A stretch of DNA of 64,000 nucleotides, from the NCBI GenBank assembly GCA_016201735.1, contig JACQCH010000007.1:17900-81899 (forward strand). The letters are read 5' to 3'. The stretch's first letter is position 1; each line of letters starts with the position of its first letter. A program made the position numbers and the translations under genes. The DNA is from Candidatus Omnitrophota bacterium (GTDB lineage: Bacteria > Omnitrophota > Gorgyraeia > 1-14-0-20-64-10). The notes under the pieces were generated by a model that did not search any database, was not told where the DNA came from, and was given only the letters and a program-made list of their open reading frames with translations. Shown here one piece after another: positions 25,522 through 34,027 of this stretch.

Positions 25522-27050
25522 TCGGAGCCGTCTATTTCGTTGGGGCAGGGCCCGGCGATCCGGAGCTGATCACTCTGCGGGGAGCGGAACTTCTGAAGAA
25601 GGCCGACTGCGTGATTTACGACCGGCTGGCGGATCCGCGGCTCCTTCGATGGACGAAACGAACCTGTCAGCGAATCTACGTCGGCAAAAAATCCGACGAG
25701 GGAGGAGAAAGTCAGACCCGGATCAACCGGCTGCTCGTTCAGAAAAGCCGGCGGCATTCGACCGTTGTCCGTTTGAAAGGAGGAGACCCGACGGTTTTCG
25801 GGAGGATCTCCGAAGAGATGGGAGCCCTTTCGAAAGCCGGCATCCGGTTTGAGATCATTCCTGGGGTCAGTTCCGTTTGGGCGGCCGCCGCGGCGGCGGG
25901 GATTCCACTCACGGACCGGGAGTTCAGCTCCAGTGTGGCGGTTGTAACCGGCCAGCAGGCCGCGGGCAAAAAAGAGTCGGTTCGGTGGAAAAATTTAAGC
26001 CGTGGTGTGGACACCCTGGTGGTCTTGATGGGGCGCTCCGCCCTGCCGACGATTGTCCGGAGAATTCGGGCGGCCGGCCGGCCGGCATCGACGCCGATCG
26101 GGCTGATCCGCTGGGCGACAACACGGCGGCAGGAAATCTTGATCAGCACCCTGGGGAAGATCCGAGAAGAGTTAAAGCGGCGGCCCGAGTTCGGGCCGCC
26201 GGTCGTGACGATTATCGGTGAGGTAGTCCGTCGGGTGGAAAACAAGCCGTTGAAAGGGCTTCAGCCCTTGAAAGGCAAACGGATTTTGGTGACCCGGCCG
26301 AAAGAGGACGCGGCCGGCTTGGCGCGCCGGCTGGAAGCGCTGGGGGCGACCTGCGTGAGTCTGCCGACGATCGAGATCCGGCCGAGGGGACTTAGCAGTT
26401 CGGAGGCGAAACGGTTATCGGAGAAACTCCCTCGATACGGCTGGATTTTGTTCACCAGCCATCACGGCGTCGAGGCCTTGCAGAGGATTGTTCGGCGAAG
26501 GAAGGGACTCATCCGAGGGAAGATCTGCGCCATCGGGCCCCGGACCGCCGAATCGGTCCGGGCGGCCGGGTTGAAAACGGAGTTGGTGCCGTCGGAATTT
26601 TCGACGGATGGAATCCGGGAAGCGTTCCGCCGCATCCAAATCCGTTCCCGGAAGATTCTGATCCCACGCTCGAACCTCGGGGCCCGGGACGCGCTGGCGC
26701 AGGAACTGCGCCGCAGGGGGGCTTTGGTGGATGAGGCGATTCTGTATGAAACGGTGAATCTTAAAATTCCTCCGGTCCGGTTGAAAAAAGCGCTGCATCG
26801 GATCAATGCGGCGACCTTCACCTCCGCCTCGACGGTCAAGGGGTTCTTTAAAGCACTTGAGGAAGCGAAGATTCCGGTCCGTTCGGCGTTGAACGGAGCG
26901 GCGGTGGCGGCGATCGGACCGGCGACGGCGGATGCCCTTAAAAGAGGGGGGATTCGCCGGTTTCATCTGCCGAGGGAGGGTTGGACAATTGAAGGCCTCA
27001 TTAAAACTGTGATAGACGTAACCGGTCATGGTTCGACGGGCTCACCATGA
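25497..27050 (+). CDS. Bifunctional uroporphyrinogen-III C-methyltransferase / uroporphyrinogen-III synthase (CobA-HemD fusion)
   Basis: N-terminus VYFVGAGPGDPELITLRG (SAM-dependent tetrapyrrole methylase); C-terminal HemD-like half. 517 aa; start may be GTG ~25519. Confidence 0.8.
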   Translation: MEETGGRVIGAVYFVGAGPGDPELITLRGAELLKKADCVIYDRLADPRLLRWTKRTCQRIYVGKKSDEGGESQTRINRLLVQKSRRHSTVVRLKGGDPTVFGRISEEMGALSKAGIRFEIIPGVSSVWAAAAAAGIPLTDREFSSSVAVVTGQQAAGKKESVRWKNLSRGVDTLVVLMGRSALPTIVRRIRAAGRPASTPIGLIRWATTRRQEILISTLGKIREELKRRPEFGPPVVTIIGEVVRRVENKPLKGLQPLKGKRILVTRPKEDAAGLARRLEALGATCVSLPTIEIRPRGLSSSEAKRLSEKLPRYGWILFTSHHGVEALQRIVRRRKGLIRGKICAIGPRTAESVRAAGLKTELVPSEFSTDGIREAFRRIQIRSRKILIPRSNLGARDALAQELRRRGALVDEAILYETVNLKIPPVRLKKALHRINAATFTSASTVKGFFKALEEAKIPVRSALNGAAVAAIGPATADALKRGGIRRFHLPREGWTIEGLIKTVIDVTGHGSTGSP

Positions 27051-28123
27051 CCGGAAGCCGTGGGGTGGCGATGAAGATGCAGGCCCGGTTCCCGAACTAT
27101 CGGCCGCGGCGGCTCAGGCAATTCCCGGTTTTGCGCCGGCTGATCCAGGAGACGCGGCTGATGCCGGAGCAGCTGATCGCTCCGGTTTTTGTCGCCTCGG
27201 GTCTGCGGCGGCGGGAGCCGATCCTGTCGATGCCCGGAGTTTTCCGGCTGCCGCCGGCGGAGGCGGTGGAGGAGGCCGCGGCTCTTTCGAAACGGAAGAT
27301 CGGAGGGATCCTTCTGTTTGGAATTCCGGACCGGAAGGATGAGGCAGGATCGGGCGCCTTCGATCCCGACGGGGTGGTTCAGCAGGCGGTCCGGGCGATC
27401 AAGCGGGCGGTCCCGGATTTCACCGTGATCACGGACGTCTGCCTCTGTGAATACACGGCTCACGGCCACTGCGGGATTGTCCCGTCATTCCCGCGAAAGC
27501 GGGAATCGATCCTCCGGTCAAGCCGGAGGATGACGGTTTCCATCGATAACGACGCGACACTGCCGGTCCTCGCGAAGATCGCGGTTTCCCACGCGAAGGC
27601 GGGGGCGGACCTCGTCGCTCCGTCGGCGATGATGGACGGGCAGGTGGGGGCCATCCGGCGCTCACTCGACGCGGCCGGTTTCACCGAGGTTCCGATTATG
27701 AGCTACGCGGCGAAGTACGCGTCGGCCCTTTATGGACCGTTTCGGGAAGCGGTCGAGTCGGCCCCGAAATTCGGGGACCGGCGCAGCTACCAGATGGACC
27801 CGGCGAACCGGGAGGAGGCGCTGAGGGAGGTGGCGCTGGATATTAAGGAAGGGGCCGACCTGGTCATGGTCAAGCCGGCGATCGCTTACCTCGACGTGCT
27901 CAAGGCGGTGAAGGAAACGTTCCATTGGCCGACCGCCGCCTACCAGGTGAGCGGAGAGTACGCCCTGATCAAAGCAGCGGCTTCCAAAGGGTGGGTCGAC
28001 GAGAAACAACTGGTCCTGGAATTCGCCGCCGGGATCAAACGGGCGGGAGCGGATCTTATTATTACCTACTACGCTAAACAGCTTGCCGAATGGCTGAATG
28101 GAGGAAAGAATTCCCGTGAATGA
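27047..28123 (+). CDS. hemB: Porphobilinogen synthase (delta-aminolevulinate dehydratase), Zn-type, with an in-frame REP-like insertion
   Basis: RPRRLR, DVCLCEYTAHGHCG Zn site, IDNDATL. Between HGHCGIV and SIDNDATL sits a ~17-aa loop (PSFPRKRESILRSSRRMTV) encoded by the palindromic element at 27484-27534. Confidence 0.85.
   Translation: MTGSRGVAMKMQARFPNYRPRRLRQFPVLRRLIQETRLMPEQLIAPVFVASGLRRREPILSMPGVFRLPPAEAVEEAAALSKRKIGGILLFGIPDRKDEAGSGAFDPDGVVQQAVRAIKRAVPDFTVITDVCLCEYTAHGHCGIVPSFPRKRESILRSSRRMTVSIDNDATLPVLAKIAVSHAKAGADLVAPSAMMDGQVGAIRRSLDAAGFTEVPIMSYAAKYASALYGPFREAVESAPKFGDRRSYQMDPANREEALREVALDIKEGADLVMVKPAIAYLDVLKAVKETFHWPTAAYQVSGEYALIKAAASKGWVDEKQLVLEFAAGIKRAGADLIITYYAKQLAEWLNGGKNSRE
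27484..27534 (-). repeat. Bipartite REP-like palindromic element, copy B (inverted relative to copy A), inside the hemB reading frame
   Basis: gtcattcccgcgaaagcgggaat + atcctccggtcaagccggaggat; its reverse complement matches the copy-A architecture. Confidence 0.7.
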
Positions 28124-29894
28124 AGAACTGAAGCGTTATGCCAAGTGCATCAACCCGGAAGCGCAGGCCAACGAGATTTCCCGGTTCGAGAAGGAAATCC
28201 TTCGGCTCGAACAGCAGCAGCTTGAACCGGATGATTTCAAGAAGTTCCGGCTCGAGAACGGAGTGTATGGGATCCGGGGCGTCATGGACGAGCACATGAT
28301 CCGGATCAAGGTCCGGTACGGAGTGATGGACGCCGATCAGTTGGAAGCGGTCGCCGACATCGTGGAAAAATACGCCACGCCGAAGGTGGGACACGTCACG
28401 ACCCGGCAGGCGATCCAGCTCCACAAGATCAAACGGCACAACGTTCCGGCGGCGCTTAAACATATCGCCGAAACGGGGCTGACCGCGCGGGAAGCCTGCG
28501 GCAACACGGTGCGCAACGTCACCGCCTGCCCCTTCGCCGGGATCTCGGCGGAAGAGGCGTTCGACGTCATCCCGTACGCCGACGCGGTGAGCCGGTATTT
28601 CCTGCGCAACCCGGTCTGCCAGAACCTGCCCAGGAAATTCAAGATTGCCTTCGAGGGCTGCCCGACCGACCATGCCCGGGTCCCGATCCACGACTTCGGC
28701 GCGGTGGCCCGGGTCCGGGAGATCGACGGCAAGCAGGTGCGCGGGTTTGCCACGTACGTCGGCGGGGGATTGGGGACGGTTCCGTTCGCCGCCCACCTGC
28801 TGGAGGAATTCACCCCGGTGGATCTGCTGATCCCGACCATCGAGGCGGTGATCCGCCTGTTCGACCGGCACGGAGACCGGAAGAACCGGGCCACGGCCCG
28901 GATCAAGTTCGTCATCAAGAAATGGGGGATCGACGAGTTCCGGACGCAGTTCGCAGCCGAGCGGAAGGCCGTCCTGATGACCAGCTCCGGCAAGACCGAT
29001 TGGGAGATCCCGCTCTACGAGCAGGAAGCGCCGCCGGCCAACGTCAAGGCGAAGATCCCGGTGATGCCGGTCCAGATGAAGGAGTACGAGCGCTGGCGCC
29101 AAACCAACCTGTTCAGGCAAAAACAGACCGGTTACACGGCGGTCCAGATCCGCTGCGTTATGGGGGACATCACCGTCGAGCAGATGCGGGGCGCGGCAGC
29201 GATCGCCCGGGAGTTCAATGGCGGGCGGATCCGGACGATGATCACGCAGAATATTCTGCTCCCGTGGATCCGGGAAGAGGCCGTTCCCGCGGTTTATCAG
29301 CGGCTGGTCCAGTTGGGGATTGCCCAGACCGATGCCGGGTCGCTGGCCGACATCACCCGCTGTCCCGGAGCGGACACCTGCCAAATCGCGATCACTCATT
29401 CGCGGGGGCTGGCGGTGTCGATTGGGGAAATTTTCAGCAACGGGAGCAAGGCCTTGTTGGACGACGTGGCCATGAAAGATTTGACGATCAAGATCAGCGG
29501 CTGCCCCAACTCCTGCGGCCAGCATCACATCGCCGACATCGGGTTCCACGGGGCCGCATCCCAGATCAACGGCCACGCGGTCCCACACTACATCGTGATG
29601 GTCGGCGGCCGGACCGCGGAAGGAGTGGCGGAGTTCGGCCTGCGTCTTGGGATGGTTCCGGCCAAGCGGGTGCCCGAGGCGACCAAGAAGCTGCTCACTC
29701 TGTACCGGGACGAGCATCACAGCGGCGAGGCGTTCCGCCAGTGGGTGCATAGGGTCGGGGTGGATCGGCTGAAAACGGAACTCGATCCGATCCGCACGCT
29801 CCCGGCCTTCGAGCAGAGTCCGGAGATGTACGAGGACCTCGGCGCGATCGGCGAGTTCAAGCTGGAAGTCGGGAAGGGGGAGTGCGCGACGTGA
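28098..29894 (+). CDS. sir: Ferredoxin-dependent assimilatory sulfite reductase (siroheme/4Fe-4S hemoprotein, NirA/Sir family)
   Basis: 598 aa; two NIR_SIR ferredoxin-like halves; siroheme-4Fe4S cysteine motif CPNSCGQHH…; set among cysH/sat/cysK and siroheme-precursor genes. Confidence 0.8.
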   Translation: MEERIPVNEELKRYAKCINPEAQANEISRFEKEILRLEQQQLEPDDFKKFRLENGVYGIRGVMDEHMIRIKVRYGVMDADQLEAVADIVEKYATPKVGHVTTRQAIQLHKIKRHNVPAALKHIAETGLTAREACGNTVRNVTACPFAGISAEEAFDVIPYADAVSRYFLRNPVCQNLPRKFKIAFEGCPTDHARVPIHDFGAVARVREIDGKQVRGFATYVGGGLGTVPFAAHLLEEFTPVDLLIPTIEAVIRLFDRHGDRKNRATARIKFVIKKWGIDEFRTQFAAERKAVLMTSSGKTDWEIPLYEQEAPPANVKAKIPVMPVQMKEYERWRQTNLFRQKQTGYTAVQIRCVMGDITVEQMRGAAAIAREFNGGRIRTMITQNILLPWIREEAVPAVYQRLVQLGIAQTDAGSLADITRCPGADTCQIAITHSRGLAVSIGEIFSNGSKALLDDVAMKDLTIKISGCPNSCGQHHIADIGFHGAASQINGHAVPHYIVMVGGRTAEGVAEFGLRLGMVPAKRVPEATKKLLTLYRDEHHSGEAFRQWVHRVGVDRLKTELDPIRTLPAFEQSPEMYEDLGAIGEFKLEVGKGECAT

Positions 29895-31171
29895 GGATGA
29901 CGAACGCAACCTGCTGGCGGGAAGCCCAACGATACTTAGTCGGCGGGGTCAATTCGCCGGTGAGGTCATTCCGGGCGGTGGGAGGGCGGCCCTTCTTTGT
30001 GGACCGGGGACAGGGGCCGACTCTCTGGGATGTGGAGGGGAACCGTTACCTCGATTACGTCTGCTCCTGGGGGGCGCTGATCCTGGGTCACCGGCCGCCG
30101 GAAGTTCTGAAGGCGGTCAATGAAGCATTGGAGCGGGGGACGACGTTCGGCACACCCACTCCATGGGAAGCGGAACTGGCGAAAGAAATTTCGCAAGCGG
30201 TCCCTTCAATGGAGCAGATCCGGTTCGTCTCCTCCGGGACGGAGGCCGTGATGAGCGCCTTAAGGCTGGCCCGAGCGGTGACGGGCCGGAATAAGATTCT
30301 GAAATTTGACGGGGCCTATCACGGCCATTCGGATGCGCTGTTGACGAAAGCCGGGTCCGGGATGGCGACCCTGGGACTGCCCGCGGTGCCGGGAGTTCCC
30401 AGACAGGTCACGCAAGACACGATCACGATCCCATTCAACGATCCGAAGGCCGTCGAGCAAATGTTCCGCCGTCACCGGAAACAGATCGCCTGCGTTTTGG
30501 TGGAGCCGGTGCTGGCCAATGTCGGGGTGATCCCGCCGGCCGAGTGGTTTTTGCAGAGACTGCGCGCTTTAACGAAAGAGGACCGATCCCTGCTGATCTT
30601 CGACGAGGTGATTACCGGTTTCCGGGTGGCCTACGGCGGCGCGCAGGCACGGTTCGGCGTCAAGCCCGACATCACCCTTTTAGGCAAGGTGATCGGCGGG
30701 GGATTTCCCGTCGGGGCGTATGGCGCGAACCGCCGGCTGATGCAGTGGGTGGCGCCACAGGGACCGGTCTATCAGGCCGGCACGTTGGCGGGCCATCCGG
30801 TAGCGATGGCGGCCGGCCTAGCGACCCTGCGGGCCTTGCGGCGGCCGGGGGTCTATTCCCAACTGGAGAAAACCGGCGCGGGACTTCGGAAAGGACTTTT
30901 GCGTTTAAGCGTGGGGATGGGGGTTCCGATCGTGGTGAATCAAATCGGCGGATTGCTGTCCTTGTTTTTTAGAAGCAGTACCATCGAGACGGGGAAACAG
31001 GCGCGGGCTTCAAACACCCGCCGGTACGCCCGGTATTTTCGGGGGATGCTGGCCCGGGGCGTGTATCTGCCCCCGTCGGCTTACGAAGCATGGTTCCTCT
31101 CGACGGCCCACGGGGAGCGGGAGATCGAGAAGACGCTGAAGGCCCATTCAGCAGCCCTGGAGGAATTTTAA
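29882..31171 (+). CDS. hemL: Glutamate-1-semialdehyde 2,1-aminomutase
   Basis: GGVNSPVRSF N-terminus, PLP-lysine region; alternative start ATG 29897. Confidence 0.9.
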   Translation: MRDVRMTNATCWREAQRYLVGGVNSPVRSFRAVGGRPFFVDRGQGPTLWDVEGNRYLDYVCSWGALILGHRPPEVLKAVNEALERGTTFGTPTPWEAELAKEISQAVPSMEQIRFVSSGTEAVMSALRLARAVTGRNKILKFDGAYHGHSDALLTKAGSGMATLGLPAVPGVPRQVTQDTITIPFNDPKAVEQMFRRHRKQIACVLVEPVLANVGVIPPAEWFLQRLRALTKEDRSLLIFDEVITGFRVAYGGAQARFGVKPDITLLGKVIGGGFPVGAYGANRRLMQWVAPQGPVYQAGTLAGHPVAMAAGLATLRALRRPGVYSQLEKTGAGLRKGLLRLSVGMGVPIVVNQIGGLLSLFFRSSTIETGKQARASNTRRYARYFRGMLARGVYLPPSAYEAWFLSTAHGEREIEKTLKAHSAALEEF

Positions 31172-31174
31172 AAG

Positions 31175-32110
31175 ATGTCTCGGCGCGGCGTAGCCAAATC
31201 GATTCTGGAATTGATCGGAGACACCCCGATGGTGGAGTTGACCAAGGTGGCGACTCCGTCGATGGCTAAGGTGTGGGGGAAGCTGGAGGCGTTCAATCCA
31301 GGCGGGTCGGTCAAGGACCGGATCGCCTTCGCGATGATTGAGGATGCCCGGGAGCGGGGCCTGCTCAAAGAGGGAGGAACGATCGTCGAGCCGACCAGCG
31401 GCAACACGGGGATCGGGCTGGCGATGGTTTCGGCGGTCCGGGGGTATCGGCTGATCCTGACCCTGCCGGAAGGGATGAGCATGGAGCGGGTCTCTCTGCT
31501 GGAGCGGTTCGGCGCGGAAGTGGTGATCACTCCGGCGAACGAAGGGATGGCCGGTGCGGTGAAGAAAGCGCAGGGACTGGCGGCTTCGATGCCCGGTTCT
31601 TTTATGCCGCACCAATTCTCGAACCCGGCGAATCCCAGGATCCATCGGCAGACCACCGCCCAGGAAATTTTGCGCTCGACCGACGGGGAATTCCACGCCT
31701 TTGTCGCAGGGGTCGGCACGGGTGGGACGATCACCGGCATCGGGGAAGTCTTAAAGAAGCGCAACCCGGAGATCCGGGTGATCGCCGTGGAACCGGCCTC
31801 TTCCGCCGTCATCTCCGGGAAACCGGCGGGGGTCCATAGGATCCAGGGAATCGGGGCCGGGTTTGTGCCGGAGGTACTCAACCGGTCGGTGATCGATGAG
31901 ATCATCCCGGTGGAGGACATGGACGCCTATCAGATGGCCCGCCGGCTGGCCAAGGAAGAAGGGGTGTTGGCGGGACTCTCCGCTGGCGCGGCGGTTTGGG
32001 CCGCCCTGAAAGTGGCCGAGCGGCTGGGGCCGGAGAAAACCATCGTCGTGATCCTGCCGGATACCGGAGAGCGATACCTGAGCATCGATCCTTACTTCGA
32101 GGAATTTTAG
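31175..32110 (+). CDS. cysK: Cysteine synthase (O-acetylserine sulfhydrylase)
   Basis: PLP motif GSVKDR, 311 aa. Confidence 0.9.
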   Translation: MSRRGVAKSILELIGDTPMVELTKVATPSMAKVWGKLEAFNPGGSVKDRIAFAMIEDARERGLLKEGGTIVEPTSGNTGIGLAMVSAVRGYRLILTLPEGMSMERVSLLERFGAEVVITPANEGMAGAVKKAQGLAASMPGSFMPHQFSNPANPRIHRQTTAQEILRSTDGEFHAFVAGVGTGGTITGIGEVLKKRNPEIRVIAVEPASSAVISGKPAGVHRIQGIGAGFVPEVLNRSVIDEIIPVEDMDAYQMARRLAKEEGVLAGLSAGAAVWAALKVAERLGPEKTIVVILPDTGERYLSIDPYFEEF

Positions 32111-32111
32111 C

Positions 32112-32534
32112 GTGAAACCTTCCAGCGGAGTCCGTTACGCATTGACCGCTCTGGTGGATCTGACCCTTCACCAGCAGACCGGGCCGGTGACCGTCGCGGC
32201 GATCGCCAAGCGCCGGGGGATTCCGGTCCGGTACCTGGAACAGCTGTTCAACCGACTCCGGCGTCGCGGGATCGTAGCTGCCGAGCGGGGTCCCCGAGGA
32301 GGGTACCGTTTAAACCGAACCCCCGGGGAAATCCCAGTCAGTGAGATTTTCCACTGCTTGGAATCGGTCGATGCCGTTCACCCTGAGCAAGCCGATCCTT
32401 CCCTTGCGGTCTGGAAACAGGTGGAGGCGGCGGTCCAGACCACGTTGGAAGCGACCACCCTCGAGGCCCTGGTCGCCCAAGCCCGGGAGAGGGTCCCTTC
32501 TCCCATCAACCACCCGTTCACCTTCCACATCTGA
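32112..32534 (+). CDS. Rrf2-family transcriptional regulator (CymR/IscR-like; only one Cys, so probably no Fe-S cluster)
   Basis: N-terminal wHTH (VRYALTALVDL...IAKRRGIPVRYLEQLF). Confidence 0.8.
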   Translation: MKPSSGVRYALTALVDLTLHQQTGPVTVAAIAKRRGIPVRYLEQLFNRLRRRGIVAAERGPRGGYRLNRTPGEIPVSEIFHCLESVDAVHPEQADPSLAVWKQVEAAVQTTLEATTLEALVAQARERVPSPINHPFTFHI

Positions 32535-32539
32535 CGAGG

Positions 32540-32563
32540 GATCCCCGCTTTCGCGGGGATGAC
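32540..32563 (+). repeat. REP-like palindrome, copy C (GATCCCCGC-TTTC-GCGGGGATGAC), immediately after the Rrf2 stop codon
   Basis: Same hairpin family as 24547-24570. Confidence 0.6.
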
Positions 32564-32710
32564 GCTGCGCGTCAATTTTTCTTCCTGCCCCTCTTGTATT
32601 TTGGACGGCGAATCAGGTATGCTTTTTATGTAAAAGCACATTGACGCCAACGACCCTGTTATCAAGGCAAATCCGCCGCAAGGCGGAGACGCAAAGCTAG
32701 AGGGCCCCCT

Positions 32711-32780
32711 CGGGGCAGCCAGTTACCAGGGACGTAAAAACGGCCTTGGCTCCTTATAACAAGAGAGACCCAAGGCCGTT
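32711..32780 (+). repeat. Leader module 1: 38-nt motif GGGGCAGCCAGTTACCAGGGACGTAAAAACGGCCTTGG plus hairpin AACGGCCTTGG…CCAAGGCCGTT
   Basis: Direct repeat of the module at 32869-32938. Confidence 0.5.
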
Positions 32781-32868
32781 GGCGTTTTGACCCTTGCCCA
32801 TCCTGCCGTTTTATCCATCACCTTGTTTTTTCAAAACCGATCAGGTAATTATTGGACTAGGCAGTTTG

Positions 32869-32947
32869 AGGGGCAGCCAGTTGCCGGGGTCAAGAACGGC
32901 CTTGATTTCTGGCGATGGATCAGAAATCAAGGCCGTTCTTGTTTTGC
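32869..32947 (+). terminator. Leader module 2: repeat GGGGCAGCCAGTTGCCGGGGTCAAGAACGGCCTTGA, 19-bp perfect hairpin (AGAACGGCCTTGATTTCTG / CAGAAATCAAGGCCGTTCT) and TGTTTTG; terminator/attenuator-like, 24 nt before the RBS of the next gene
   Basis: Perfect long stem followed by a U-rich tract, then AAAAAAGGAGG and ATG 32971. Confidence 0.4.
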
Positions 32948-32970
32948 GTAAATAAAAAAGGAGGAAACCA

Positions 32971-33912
32971 ATGCGAGGCTTTCATTTGTTGGCTATTGGA
33001 GGGCTGGTGGTGGGTCTGATCGGGGTTACCGGGAACGAGGCGCTGGCCGCCAAGGCAGAGGCCGAAGCGACCAAGGCGGATTCAGAGAATGCGGCCCTGG
33101 ATGCATCGAGTTTTGAGGGAACAGTCGCCGATTTCCAAAGCCAGGGGTTGAGCCGGTCCGAAGCGGAAGCGTTGGTCCGGCAGGCGTCCGGTGAGGTCGG
33201 CGCGTCTCGGGACCTGCCGTCTGCTGGAAGAGAAATAAGAGAGCAAAGCGGCAACTTACTCCAGGGCTCGACCGGCTTAGGCGGTGGGACCACGGGCGGC
33301 CAGGGCCAAGGACAAGGAAACAGCCAGGGAGCTTCTTCTAATAAGAATAATGAGACCACCGGTGGAAACAATCAAGAGCGCGGCCAATCCGGTGGATTTG
33401 GCGGGAACCAAGAGCATGGTCAATCCGGTGGATTTGGTGGAAGCCAGGAGCGTGGCCAATTCTCTAATGAGGGGCAGGGTCGGGGCCAAGAGCGCGGCCA
33501 ACCCTCTAATGAAGGACAGGGTGGGAACCGGGAGACCGGTGGTAATCGAGAAGGCAACCGTGAGATGAGCGGAAATCGGGAGGGTAATCAAGGAGGCGGT
33601 CGTGAAACGGGCGGCCGTGAGATGGGTGGTCGCGAGGCAGGTGGCCGCGAGACAGGGGTTCGTGAGACCGGAGGCCGCGAAACGGGCGGACGCGAGGCGG
33701 GTGGTCGCGAGCAACCGGAACAGCGCGAATCCGGGGGTGGCCGTGAGAGCAACCGGGAACAGCGCGAATCCGGTGCTGGCCGTGAGCAGCGGGAGCAACC
33801 CCAGATGGAACGCCCACAGATGGAGCAGCCCCAGAGGGAACAGCCTCAGCAGGAGCGGCCCACATCCGAGCGGCCCGAAGGGCCTGTGCCGGGTGCACCG
33901 GAGGTTCACTAA
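32971..33912 (+). CDS. Secreted low-complexity protein with ~12 tandem GGRE(T/A/M) pentapeptide repeats, also Q/E/R/G-rich
   Basis: Signal peptide MRGFHLLAIGGLVVGLIGVTGNEALA. The DNA carries 15-nt tandem repeats (ggNggNcgNgagNNN) at ~33520-33720. No recognisable catalytic domain. Confidence 0.55.
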   Translation: MRGFHLLAIGGLVVGLIGVTGNEALAAKAEAEATKADSENAALDASSFEGTVADFQSQGLSRSEAEALVRQASGEVGASRDLPSAGREIREQSGNLLQGSTGLGGGTTGGQGQGQGNSQGASSNKNNETTGGNNQERGQSGGFGGNQEHGQSGGFGGSQERGQFSNEGQGRGQERGQPSNEGQGGNRETGGNREGNREMSGNREGNQGGGRETGGREMGGREAGGRETGVRETGGRETGGREAGGREQPEQRESGGGRESNREQRESGAGREQREQPQMERPQMEQPQREQPQQERPTSERPEGPVPGAPEVH

Positions 33913-34027
33913 AATTTTTGGGAATATTTTTGGAGTTGGCGGATCTAATGGTTAGAGAGTTAATCGAAAATTAATTTGAATACTAAAAAGACAATTTGGC
34001 AAGAAGCAAAAAGGAGGAGGAAACGAC

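Noticed and set aside
33520-33720. 15-nt tandem repeats that could be mistaken for a CRISPR-like or minisatellite array
   Set aside because: There are no spacers; the repeats are in-frame and encode GGRE-type peptide repeats inside a signal-peptide-bearing ORF.
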